Positions 28,555 through 39,828 of a stretch of DNA of 64,000 nucleotides are shown here, piece by piece (the first letter of the stretch is position 1; the number at the start of each line of letters is the position of its first letter). A model generated the notes under the pieces. That model saw only the letters and a list, made by a program, of their open reading frames with translations, was not told the DNA's origin and searched no databases. Position numbers and translations under genes: made by a program. The DNA comes from a virus. Location: IMG/VR virus record IMGVR_UViG_3300046167_000659, positions 2,608 through 66,607 of that record. One strand, 5' to 3'.

Positions 28555-29005
28555 ATGAAAAAAGTGCAAGAAATTAAAAAAGAAGAGTTAACTGAATTAC
28601 AGGATTTAGTTAAAAATTTCAACCAGCATCAACTAAAATTAGGTGAATTAGAAATTGAAAAACACCAAGTACTACACGGGGCAAGCAAGATTCAAGAAGA
28701 TTTACAAAAATTTCAAGATGGGTTAAGAGAAGAGTATGGAGATATAACCATCAACATAAATGACGGATCTTTTGAAAAAATAGAAAATGAAGCTGATACG
28801 AAAGATTAGTATTGGAAGAGATTATAAAAATGACGCTATGCACTACTCTATTGGACAGGAAGTGTATGGCGGTCATATTATAACTAGTATATTAGAGGAA
28901 GAAAATAAGTACTCTATATATATAGAAAAAAACAAAGAAACTTTATCCTGGAAAGACTTCAATAAAAATATGGCAATAGCTGTAGAATATGATTTACATT
29001 ATTAA
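28555..29005 (+). CDS. Two small hypothetical proteins (28555-28809 coiled-coil; 28787-29005)
   Basis: Overlapping ORFs in the operon. Confidence 0.7.
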
Positions 29006-29595
29006 TGAAGTCAATTTATAATTTTATAGTAAAGCCTAAAAGCGGAAGATCAACGTCTTTGGTTAAAATTGATAATAGTGAGTTGTTATTAAATACTGAA
29101 TTACAAAACCATAACTACGTAAGCAGGCACGGAATAATCTTAGCTACTCCTATGTTAGGCGAAACTAATGTAAAAGAAGGAGACGAGGTTATACTGCATC
29201 ACAATGTGTTTAGAAGGTTTTATGACGTTAGAGGTAATGAAAAAAACAGCAAAAGTTACTTTGAAGAAGATAAGTACTTTGCTCAACCAGATCAAATATA
29301 TGCTTATAAATCAAATGGCAAGTGGAAGTCTGAAAAAGGTTTTTGTTTTATAAAACCTATAAAAGAAGATAAAATGTTTTCTACAGATTTTGAAAAACCA
29401 GGTCTTGGTATTGTAAAATACACAGACGGAAGCATAGATAAAGGAACATTAGTTTCTTTTAAAGTAGGTATGGAATACGAGTTTTTTATTGAAAAAGAAA
29501 GACTCTATAGAGTACCAACCAATCAAATTAAAATTAAATATGAATATCAAGGAAACGAAGTCGAATATAATCCAAGCTGGACACAAGGCAGTTGA
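29005..29595 (+). CDS. GroES-like protein with two beta-barrel-like halves
   Basis: FIVKP...GIILATP...VKEGDEVILHHNVF, then CFIKP...GIVKY...GTLVSF. Confidence 0.5.
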   Translation: MKSIYNFIVKPKSGRSTSLVKIDNSELLLNTELQNHNYVSRHGIILATPMLGETNVKEGDEVILHHNVFRRFYDVRGNEKNSKSYFEEDKYFAQPDQIYAYKSNGKWKSEKGFCFIKPIKEDKMFSTDFEKPGLGIVKYTDGSIDKGTLVSFKVGMEYEFFIEKERLYRVPTNQIKIKYEYQGNEVEYNPSWTQGS

Positions 29596-29815
29596 GGAGT
29601 TGATCAAAGTAGCTAAAGAAGCTATTGTTGATTCAGATGACGATATATCAGCAGACAGACTTAAAAACGCTGCTGCTACAAAGAAGTTAGCTATATTTGA
29701 CGCTTTCGAAATATTAAACAGAATAAAAGAAGAGCAAGACATGCTCGATAACAAGCCTAAAGAAGAAGTAGCTAAAAAATCATTTAGTGGATTTGCTGAA
29801 AAAAGATCTAAATAA
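29540..29815 (+). CDS. Probable terminase small subunit (start MNIKETKS)
   Basis: Helical, directly upstream of and coupled to the large terminase. Confidence 0.55.
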   Translation: MNIKETKSNIIQAGHKAVEELIKVAKEAIVDSDDDISADRLKNAAATKKLAIFDAFEILNRIKEEQDMLDNKPKEEVAKKSFSGFAEKRSK

Positions 29816-32026
29816 TGTACGAGCAAACTTTATATAAAATAGTTGAACCCGTAAAGCTTACTACTATTTCTAGATTAAATAAATCTAAAAAATGGGATTA
29901 TGGTTACAATAAAGAAAACGATATTGTAGTTATAAGTAAAACAGGTCAAATAGGTGATATATACGAAATACAGGGATTAAGAATCGCGCTTCCAAAAACG
30001 CCTTCTAAAATAAACAAATCTACAGATAAATGGACCGTAGAAGAATATCCTAAAGAGTTAAAGCAAATACAGAGTGTATTCGAGTGGAGAGAATACCCTG
30101 AAGAATTTCAAAATAAATGGGAACCATATATAGATGAACAATTTAAACGCAGAGAAGAAGGCCATTGGTTCAATAATAAAGGCGTGGCTACTTACATTAC
30201 TGGCACTCACTTTATGTACTTGCAGTGGTCTAAGATTGACGTTGGCAACCCCGAATTCAGGGAAGCTAACAGATTATTCTACCTATTCTGGGAAGCTTGT
30301 AAAGCAGACAGAAGGTGTTACGGCATGTCTTATCTCAAGAACAGACGTTCAGGTTTTTCGTTTATGGCTTCAGGAGAGACGGTCAACATGGCCACAATAT
30401 CAAGTGATGCACGGTTTGGGATATTGTCCAAATCTGGCTCCGATGCGAAGAAAATGTTCACGGATAAAGTCGTACCCATATCTGTCAATTATCCGTTCTT
30501 TTTCAAACCGATACAAGACGGTATGGACCGACCAAAGACCGAATTGGCCTACAGAATACCGGCCTCGAGGCTTACAAGAAAATCGATCCAAAACAAGCAA
30601 GACCAAGAACTACTCGAGGGTCTCGACACAACAATCGACTGGAAAAACACAGGGGACAACTCTTATGACGGAGAAAAATTAAAACTACTAGTACACGATG
30701 AAAGTGGAAAGTGGGAAAGGCCAGATAATATATTAAATAACTGGCGAGTAACAAAAACGTGTTTACGTTTAGGTGCTAGAATTATAGGTAAGTGTATGAT
30801 GGGATCAACATCAAACGCTTTAGATAAAGGAGGAGAAAACTTTAAGAAATTATACTACTCTTCTGATGCTACAAAAAGAAATAAAAACGGCCAAACAAAG
30901 TCTGGTTTATATTCTTTATTTATACCTATGGAGTGGAACTACGAGGGTTTTATAGATGATTACGGACATCCTGTGTTTGACACACCTACCGATGAAGTTA
31001 AAGGTCCATACGGCGACGTTATAGACACTGGAATTATAGAACACTGGAACAATGAAGCTGAAGGATTAAAAAGCGACCAGGACGCTTTAAACGAATTCTA
31101 TAGACAATTCCCACGTACGGAAGAGCACGCGTTTAGGGACGAAACAAAAAGCAGTCTATTTAACTTAGCGAAAATATACGAGCAAATTGATTACAACCAA
31201 GATTTAAGAAATACAGGAGTAGTTAGTACTGGTAATTTTAGCTGGGAAAATGGAATTAAGGATTCAAAAGTTTTATTTACACCAAATCCCCAAGGAAGAT
31301 TCAAAATAACTTGGGTTCCTACTCACGATATTCAAAACCGTCAAGTTTTAAAAAATGGAATGAAATACCCAGGTAACGATCATATGGGTGCTTTTGGATG
31401 TGACAGTTATGATATATCCGGAACAGTTGGAGGTAATGGATCGAAAGGAGCTTTACACGGGTTAACTAAGTTTAGCATGGAAGATGCTCCACCTAATACA
31501 TTTTTCTTAGAGTACGTCGCGAGACCTCAGACTGCTGAGATATTTTTTGAAGACGTTCTTATGGCTTGTGTATTTTACGGAATGCCTATATTAGCTGAAA
31601 ATAATAAACCTAGGTTATTGTACTATTTTAAAAGAAGAGGTTATAGAGGTTATTCAATGAATAGACCAGACAAGCTTTGGAACAAACTTTCTACGGCAGA
31701 AAAAGAAATAGGAGGAATACCAAACTCAAGTGAAGATATAAAGCAAGCTCACGCTGCGGCTATAGAATCTTATATAGATAAATACATTGGCTTAAAAGAA
31801 GACGGCAACTATGGGGATTTATACTTTAGCGAAACTTTAAATGATTGGGCGAAAATTTGATATAAATAACAGAACAAAGTATGATGCTGCTATAAGCTCT
31901 GGATTAGCTATAATGGCTTGTAATAAAAATTTATACAGACCTAACCCTATTATGCAAAAACGAAAATTAAACTTAAGTATCGCTAAATATAGTAATGGCG
32001 ATTCAATTTCAAAAATAATAAAATAA
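29815..32026 (+). CDS. Terminase large subunit (probable frameshift error near 31853)
   Basis: Walker A LKNRRSGFS, Walker B LVHDESGK, nuclease GCDSYD, ILAENNK, YDAAISSG. Confidence 0.9.
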
Positions 32027-32028
32027 AT

Positions 32029-34456
32029 ATGGCTGAATCAGTTGTAAAAAGTACTTTTCCTAGTCAAGTAGCTAGTGATGCTGAAAAAATGTCGCCTGAG
32101 TATGGACTTAAGGTTGGTAGAGCTATTCAAGACGAGTGGTTTCAATTAGATTCTGGTACAAATAGATATAGAAGCAATCAACATACGTTTCACAAGTTAA
32201 GGTTATACGCTAGAGGCGAGCAGCCTATACAGAAATACAAAGATGAGCTTTCTATTAACGGTGATTTATCTTACTTAAACTTAGACTGGAAGCCCGTACC
32301 TATTATACCAAAATTTGTAGACATCGTTGTTAACGGTATATCTGAAAGAGCTTTTGATATAAAAGCGTACTCACAAGATCCTTATGGAGTCAGTAAAAGA
32401 ACTGATTACATGGAAAGCGTACTTAGAGACATGTACACTAAAGATCTTAACAACTTTGTACAAGAGAATTTTAATATAGCTTTATTTGAAAACCCAGAGG
32501 AAGATTTACCTGAAACTAAAGAAGAGCTAGAGGTTCACATGCAGCTAACATATAAGCAAGCTGTTGAGATGGCTGAGGAGCAAGCTATAAACACTTTACT
32601 TGACGGTAACAATTATGATCTAACTAAAAAGCGTTTTTATTACGACCTAACTACAATAGGTATTGGCGCTGTAAAAAATAGATTTACATTATCGGAAGGG
32701 CATTGTGGTTGAATATGTAGATCCTGCTAATCTAGTATATTCTTACACTGAAGACCCTAACTTTCAAGACGTATATTATGTTGGCGAAGTAAAAGATGTC
32801 ACTATAAATGAAATAAAAAAGCAATTTCCAGATTTAACAAACGATGATTTAGAAAAAATATCTAAAACATCATATCAAAGTAATAGCTATTACGATCGAC
32901 CATTAAATAACTCTGCTAGCCCAGACGTTAATACTGTTCAAGTTTTATACTTTAACTTTAAGACTTACATGAATGAAGTATATAAGGTTAAAGAAACAGC
33001 TACTGGAGCTTCAAAGGTGGTACTTAGAGACGATCAGTTTGATCCACCAGTTGAAATGCTTGAAGAACAGTTTGGAAAATTATCTAGGTCCTTAGAAGTG
33101 CTGTATGAAGGTGTATTAATATTAGGTACTGACTACTTGCTTCAATGGGAGTTGGCAAAAAATATGATGCGTCCTAAAAGCGATCATACTAAAGTTAAAA
33201 TGAACTATAGTATTGTAGCTCCAAGAATGTATAAAGGTAAAATTGAATCTTTAGTAAGCCGTATAACTGGATTTGCTGATATGATTCAATTAACTCATTT
33301 AAAGCTTCAGCAGGTGTTATCAAGAATGGTACCGGATGGAGTCTACCTTGATGCTGATGGTTTAGCTGAAATAGATTTAGGTAATGGAACAAATTATAAT
33401 CCGCAAGAAGCATTAAATATGTTCTTTCAAACAGGATCTGTAATTGGTAGATCATTTACTCAAGAGGGTGATATGAATCCTGGTAAAGTACCTATACAAG
33501 AAATAACTAGTGGAGCTGGTGGTGGCAAGATGGCTGCGTTAATACAAACGTACAACTATTATCTACAAATGATAAGAGACACTACGGGATTAAACGAAGC
33601 TAGAGATGGATCAACACCAGACGCTAAAGCTTTAGTTGGTGTACAGAAAATTGCAGCAGCTAATTCAAATACAGCCACAAGGCATATACTTACAGGTGGT
33701 TTGTTTTTAACAGCAGATTTAGCCGAATGCTTGTCTTTGAGAATTTCCGATGTATTAGAATACTCTCCAACTAGAGAGGCTTTTATACAAAAGATTGGAG
33801 GACATAACGTTGCTACTTTACAAGAAATGGGTGATCTTCATTTGTATGATTTTGGTATATTTTTAGAACTTACACCTGATGATGAAGAAAAACAAAGGCT
33901 AGAAAACAATATACAAACAGCTTTATCTGCTGGACTTATTGATTTAGAAGATGCAATTGACATTAGAGAGATAAGAAGCATAAAACTAGCTAATCAAGTA
34001 TTGAAGATTAGAAGAAAAAAGAAGCTACAGAGAGATCAAGCTATGCAGCAGCAGAATATTCAAGCTCAAGCACAAGCAAACGCTCAAGCTCAACAAGTGG
34101 CGGCACAAGCAGAAATTCAAAAAAATCAAGTTATTACAGATCAAAAAGCTCAATTAATGCAAATAGAATCTCAGCTTGATGAAAGAAAAATGCAGATGGA
34201 AGTGCAATCTAAAATGCAGTTAATGCAATTGGAGTTCCAATACAATATGCAGATTAGAGATATAGACGCTGCTAAAGCAGCTAATGATGAGTCTGAAAAA
34301 GAAGATAGAAAAGATCAAAGAGTAAAAATACAAGGTACTCAGCAAAGTGAGCTGATAGACCAAAGAAAAAACAATACACCGCCTAAAAACTTTGAATCCG
34401 CAGGTAATGATATATTAGGTGGTGGATTTGACTTAGGTTCTTTCGAGCCTAGGTAA
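32029..34456 (+). CDS. Portal protein (probable frameshift error near 32699)
   Basis: Follows terminase; PIIPKFVDIVVNG, IRDTTGLNEARDG; Q-rich C-terminal coiled coil (P22-like barrel). Confidence 0.85.
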
Positions 34457-34488
34457 TAATAGTAATAATAATTATATAATATTTTATC

Positions 34489-35670
34489 ATGGAAGAACAA
34501 TTACAAGAAGGTGTTCCACAGGAAGAAGTTAAAGTGGAAGAAACACCTGTAAACGAAGACAACTCCCCTATGTCTTACGAAGACGGGGTAATTAAGGTAG
34601 ACTTAGCAGAGTTAAACAAAACACAAGAAGATGCCGTTCAAGAGCAAGAAGCAGATGCAGTGGATGTTAATAAACCAGCCGAAGCTAGCGAAGAAGTGGT
34701 TGAAGAAGTACCACAACAACAAGAGCCCGTTCAAGCTGAACAACCCGTTCTTGAAGAAATAACAGAAGAAGAGGTTGCAGAGCAAGCTGAAGAGCTTGAA
34801 GATCAGGTAGAACAAGCTTTGATAGAAGCTGATGCAGGAGTTGAGTTACCAGAAAACATACAAAAAGCTGTTGATTTTATGAATGACACAGGCGGAAGCT
34901 TGGAAGATTATGTAAAACTTAACACTGATTACTCTGCGTTAAACGAAACTCAATTGCTAAGAGAGTATTACGAAAACACTAGACCTCACTTAGACAAAGA
35001 AGAGATTGACTTTTTAATGGAAGATAATTTCGCTTATGATGAAGAGCTAGACGAGGAAAGAGATATACGTAAAAAGAAAATAGCTCACAAAGAAGAGTTA
35101 GCAAAAGCTAAAAATCACTTAGACGGTTTAAAGTCTAAGTACTACGAAGATATTAAAGCTGGATCAAAATTAAATCCAGAACAACAAAAAGCGGTTGAGT
35201 TCTTTAACCGATATAATAAAGAGCAAGAGGAAACAACTAAATTAGCTGAAAATCAAAAAAATGCATTTTTAAACCAAACTAATAAAGTTTTCAATAATGA
35301 TTTCAAAGGTTTTGATTATCAAGTTGGTGACAAGAAATACAGGTTTAATGTTAAAAATGCAGAAGAGGTTAAAACAAACCAAAGCGACATTAACAATTTT
35401 GTCAAGAAGTTCTTGAATGAAAAAAATGAAATGTCTGATGCTTCTGGTTATCATAAATCTTTATTTACAGCTATGAATCCTGACGCAGTAGCAAAACACT
35501 TTTATGAGCAAGGCAAAGCTGATGCAATAAAAGATAGTATGGCTAAGACAAAGAACGTCAATATGGACCCGAGAGGGGTTCATGAAAATACGACGGCTCC
35601 TAATGGCTGGACTGTGCGATCTGTAAATGGTGTTGATTCTTCTAAATTAAGAGTAAAAATTAGAAAATAA
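34489..35670 (+). CDS. Capsid scaffolding protein
   Basis: Very acidic N-terminus, coiled coil, located between portal and capsid genes. Confidence 0.7.
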   Translation: MEEQLQEGVPQEEVKVEETPVNEDNSPMSYEDGVIKVDLAELNKTQEDAVQEQEADAVDVNKPAEASEEVVEEVPQQQEPVQAEQPVLEEITEEEVAEQAEELEDQVEQALIEADAGVELPENIQKAVDFMNDTGGSLEDYVKLNTDYSALNETQLLREYYENTRPHLDKEEIDFLMEDNFAYDEELDEERDIRKKKIAHKEELAKAKNHLDGLKSKYYEDIKAGSKLNPEQQKAVEFFNRYNKEQEETTKLAENQKNAFLNQTNKVFNNDFKGFDYQVGDKKYRFNVKNAEEVKTNQSDINNFVKKFLNEKNEMSDASGYHKSLFTAMNPDAVAKHFYEQGKADAIKDSMAKTKNVNMDPRGVHENTTAPNGWTVRSVNGVDSSKLRVKIRK

Positions 35671-35691
35671 CAAATTTAAAAATTAAAAATT

Positions 35692-37176
35692 ATGGCTGGA
35701 GAATTTCCAAACCCGGGCACAGGTGCCCAATTAAACCATTTAACTCCACGTCCTATTAAAGGATTATTTGGAGACAATTATTTATCAATCGGTGATTTAG
35801 ATTTTACACAACAATTCTTACCAGAAGTGTATGAGAAAGAAGTAGAGCGTTACGGAAACCGTACGATCTCTGGATTCTTACGTATGGTAGGTGCTGAAAT
35901 GCCAATGGCTTCAGACGTTATTGTATGGTCAGAACAAGGAAGATTGCACGTTGCTTTTGACGATTGTACTATCGATCAGTCAGTTGCTGCAACAAACACA
36001 ATTACTTTTGTAGATGACGCTGCTGGAACTGCTGGTGCTCAAACTGCCACTCAAAAAGCTGGGTTATTAGCAACAGGCGCTACTATTAATATCACTGTAG
36101 GTGTTGTATCTGTAAAAGCTAGAGTAAGTTCTACTTACACTGCAGGAGACACTACAGTAACTGTTACTCCTTATGGAGCTGCTGATTTAACTGCTTTAGG
36201 TTTATCTGCTTTAACAGGTGTTAAGATTTTCGTATACGGTTCTGAGTATGGAAAAGGATCAGGAGATGTAGGTAATTCTATTGACGCTAAATTCACACAA
36301 TTCAACAACAAACCAATTATTCTTAGAGATAAGTATAACGTAAACGGTTCTGATGTTGCACAAATTGGATGGGTTGAAGTAGCAACAGAAGCTGGAACAT
36401 CTGGTTACTTATGGTACTTAAAATCTGAGCACGAAGCTAGATTACGTTTTGAAGATCAATTAGAAATGTCTATGATCGAAGCTGTTAAAGATGACTCTGG
36501 TATTGCTGGAGGAGCTGGAGCTGCTGGATTCACAGGTTCTGAAGGATTATTTGCTGCTATCGAAGATAGAGGTCTTATCTATAACGATCAAGATTTTGGA
36601 GCTGCTGCAACTGCAGGTGCGCCATTTGGAGGATTAACTGAATTTGACGATATTTTAGCAGAGCTAGACAAGCAAGGAGCAATCGAAGAGAATATGTTAT
36701 TCTTAGATCGTTCAACTTCTTTAGCTATTGATAACATGCTAGCACAAGCTAATAACACAGGAGTAGGCGGAACATCTTACGGTGTATTCGAAAACTCTGA
36801 AGATATGGCGCTTAACTTAGGCTTTTCTGGTTTCCGTAGAGGATCTTACGATTTCTACAAAACTGACTGGAAATACTTAAACGATTCTACAACTCGTGGA
36901 TTAGTTAACGACGTTCAAGGTGTTATTGTACCTGCTGGAGTATCTACTGTTTACGATCAGCAATTAGGTCAAAACATTCAACGACCATTCTTACACGTAC
37001 GCTACAGAGCTTCTGAAGCTGACGATCGTAAAATGAAGTCTTGGATCACTGGATCTGTTGGTGGTAACTTTACTTCTGCTATTGACGAAATGAACGTACA
37101 CTTCCTTTCTGAAAGAGCATTATGTACTCAAGGCGCTAACAACTTTGTATTGTTGAAGAAAACAACTACACCGTAG
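35692..37176 (+). CDS. Major capsid protein
   Basis: 494 aa after the scaffold; codon bias of a highly expressed gene; followed by a terminator. Confidence 0.8.
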   Translation: MAGEFPNPGTGAQLNHLTPRPIKGLFGDNYLSIGDLDFTQQFLPEVYEKEVERYGNRTISGFLRMVGAEMPMASDVIVWSEQGRLHVAFDDCTIDQSVAATNTITFVDDAAGTAGAQTATQKAGLLATGATINITVGVVSVKARVSSTYTAGDTTVTVTPYGAADLTALGLSALTGVKIFVYGSEYGKGSGDVGNSIDAKFTQFNNKPIILRDKYNVNGSDVAQIGWVEVATEAGTSGYLWYLKSEHEARLRFEDQLEMSMIEAVKDDSGIAGGAGAAGFTGSEGLFAAIEDRGLIYNDQDFGAAATAGAPFGGLTEFDDILAELDKQGAIEENMLFLDRSTSLAIDNMLAQANNTGVGGTSYGVFENSEDMALNLGFSGFRRGSYDFYKTDWKYLNDSTTRGLVNDVQGVIVPAGVSTVYDQQLGQNIQRPFLHVRYRASEADDRKMKSWITGSVGGNFTSAIDEMNVHFLSERALCTQGANNFVLLKKTTTP

Positions 37177-37193
37177 TGAGTTAATGTAATTTT

Positions 37194-37222
37194 TACCCTC
37201 GTTGTACTGACGGGGGTAATTA
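37194..37222 (+). terminator. Rho-independent terminator-like hairpin
   Basis: TTACCCTCGTT-GTACT-GACGGGGGTAA followed by TTATT. Confidence 0.65.
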
Positions 37223-37231
37223 TTACTCTTA

Positions 37232-37277
37232 TATGACATTAGCCCCTTACTAGTTATATACTATGGCTATTGTCACA
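37232..37277. repeat. Dyad element copy E
   Basis: TATGACATTAGCC-CCTTACTAGTTATATACTAT-GGCTATTGTCACA. Confidence 0.8.
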
Positions 37278-37304
37278 ATTTAAACTATTTAATTATATTA
37301 TATT

Positions 37305-38129
37305 ATGGCTAAAAAAGCTACAAAAGCAGAAGCTAATGAGGTTGCACCTCAAGAGGTAGCAGTTAAAACTGCACCAGTTCAAAAACCAGCTAAACCAAGT
37401 TGGGAAATTAAAGATAGATTGTATCTATTAAAAGGCAATAAAAAACCTGTTATTTTTACGTTACCAGCAAAACACTCAACTATTAGACCTTTACTATGGT
37501 TTAATCAAGAGACTGGGGAACAGAAAGAAATAAGGTATGCTACAAATCAAAACTCGCCCTTTGCCGAGGATCAGCAAGGAACGGCTACATTAGGTCGTAT
37601 TATCTTTAGAGATGGAGCTTTAACAGTTCCAAAAGAGATGCAGAATTTACAAAAAATACTATCTCTTTATCACCCTTTAAAAGATCAACTATATACAGAA
37701 TATAATCCAGTGCAAGAATCTGTTGACGAACTAGAGTATATCAACATGGAGATTGATGCATTAACATTGGCTCGAGAGCTTGATATAAACCAAGCAGAAA
37801 GCATTTTAAGAGTAGAGTATGGCAACAAAGTAGATACATTAAGTAGCTCTGAGTTAAAAAGAGACTTAATAATCTTTGCTAAAAGAAACCCATATTTATT
37901 TATTGAGCTAGCTAATGATGAAAACGTAGAGCTTAGAAATATTGGTATCAAAGCCACTCAAGCTGGTATTATACAATTATCACCAGATCAAAGAACATTT
38001 ACATTTGGTGATACTAAAAGGAAATTAATGACAGTTCCTTTTGACGAACATCCTTACTCAGCGTTAGCTGCATTCTTTAAAACAGATGACGGTATGGAGG
38101 TTTACAAACACTTAACTAAAAGACTGTAA
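37305..38129 (+). CDS. Conserved hypothetical protein
   Basis: 274-aa ORF after the capsid gene. Confidence 0.7.
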   Translation: MAKKATKAEANEVAPQEVAVKTAPVQKPAKPSWEIKDRLYLLKGNKKPVIFTLPAKHSTIRPLLWFNQETGEQKEIRYATNQNSPFAEDQQGTATLGRIIFRDGALTVPKEMQNLQKILSLYHPLKDQLYTEYNPVQESVDELEYINMEIDALTLARELDINQAESILRVEYGNKVDTLSSSELKRDLIIFAKRNPYLFIELANDENVELRNIGIKATQAGIIQLSPDQRTFTFGDTKRKLMTVPFDEHPYSALAAFFKTDDGMEVYKHLTKRL

Positions 38130-38140
38130 GTCACTTATTA

Positions 38141-38178
38141 TAGTAGCTAGGCCGCTGTAATGGTGGCCTAATTACTAT
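38141..38178 (+). terminator. Hairpin, possible terminator
   Basis: TAGTAGCTAGGCCGC-TGTAATG-GTGGCCTAATTACTA. Confidence 0.5.
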
Positions 38179-38199
38179 AAATAATAATAAAAAAACAAT

Positions 38200-39825
38200 A
38201 TGGCAGTAAGCATAGATACTGTATATCAAAAGGTTTTAGGTATACTTAACAAAGAACAACGAGGGTATGTCACAGCTCAAGAGTTTAATTTATTTGCTAA
38301 TCAAGCACAACTCGATCTTTTTGAGCAATACTTTTATGATATAAATCAGTTTGGTAGAATACCTGGCAATAGCACTGAGTATTCCGATATGCTTAATATA
38401 TTGAATGAAAAAATTAATGTATTTGAAACTACAGCTGAGCCAACTCGTCTTGGAAACTTTTTTGACGAGCCAACTGACTTGTATAGACTAGGAACAGTAG
38501 TATATAAAAATACAACAACAAATGCCTTTGGCGCAACATCTACAGAAAGCATCGAAGCAGAGCGTATTAACGCTAATGAATTTTTATACATAAATTCATC
38601 TCCACTAACTAAACCAAAAAATGTTAGACCTGTGTTTGTGTCAAATACAAGCGGAATCAGAGTTTACGGTGACAATGAAATAACAGACGTTACTGAAGTA
38701 GAGTTTCAATATATAAAGAAACCAGCTAAAGTACAATGGGCTTACCAAATGGTATTTGATGAACCTTTGTATGACGCAGCAAACTCTGTTAACTTTGAGT
38801 TGCATCCTTCAGAAGAAGTTGAACTAGTTGTAAAAATATTAGAGCTGTCAGGTTTATTAATCAAAGACTACAACTTGTATAATGCTGTTAATCAAGAAGA
38901 AATAGAAACTATCCAACAAGAAAAATCTTAATAAATGGGACTTATAAATCAAACAAACGAAGACTACTACTTAGGTCCTGATGGGATTTGGAATAGTTTA
39001 GACGAGAACTACGGCGATTACCAATCTATTTCCTTAAAAGATATTGTAAATAACTTTATAATTTCATACGTTGGAGAAGATAAAATTATAAGTAAGATAA
39101 AAAGAACTGATGTTGCTTTTCACGCTCAGCGAGGAATACAAGAGTTAAGCTTTGATACTTTACCTTCTTTCAAGTCTCAAGAGATTGAAATATCTCCTCA
39201 ACTATATTTTGTGTTACCACAAGACTATGTAAACTACGTAAAAGTAACATGGACAGATAAGGACGGTATTGAAAGAGTTATATACCCTGCTCACAAAACA
39301 AGCGACCCCTTACCTATTATACAGGATAATAACTATGAGTATACTTTTGATGAAAATGGTGAGATATTATACGCTCAAGATTCTGAAACTTGGAAACGGT
39401 TTAACAATCCCCGTAACTCAGAAGACAGCTTAGAAGGTCAGCTTCACAGAAGAGTTAATGGTGAAAGATATGGACTAGACCCTCAGTATGCTCAATCAAA
39501 TGGCGTTTTCTTTATAGATCAAATAAAAGGCTTAATAAGGTTTAGCTCTGATATGGTAGGTCGCATAGTTACATTAAAATACATAAGCGATGGTTTAGCA
39601 ACCGATGGAGAGATGATTGTTCACAAACTAGCTGAAGAAGCTATGTACAAGTATATCGCACACGCTGTTTTAGCAACAAGAGCCAATGTTCCAGAATACA
39701 TGGTTGCTAGATTTAAAAGAGAAGCAGCTGTTGCGAAAAGAAATGCTAAGTTAAGATTATCAAATATAAAACTAGAGGAAATCACTCAAGTAATGAGAGG
39801 TAAGTCTAAGCAAATAAAACACTAA
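38200..39825 (+). CDS. Two head-tail/tail tubular (ring) proteins (38200-38931, 38935-39825)
   Basis: Position; P.DLYRL and LPQDYVNYVKV motifs typical of tubular/adaptor proteins. Confidence 0.6.
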
Positions 39826-39828
39826 TAT

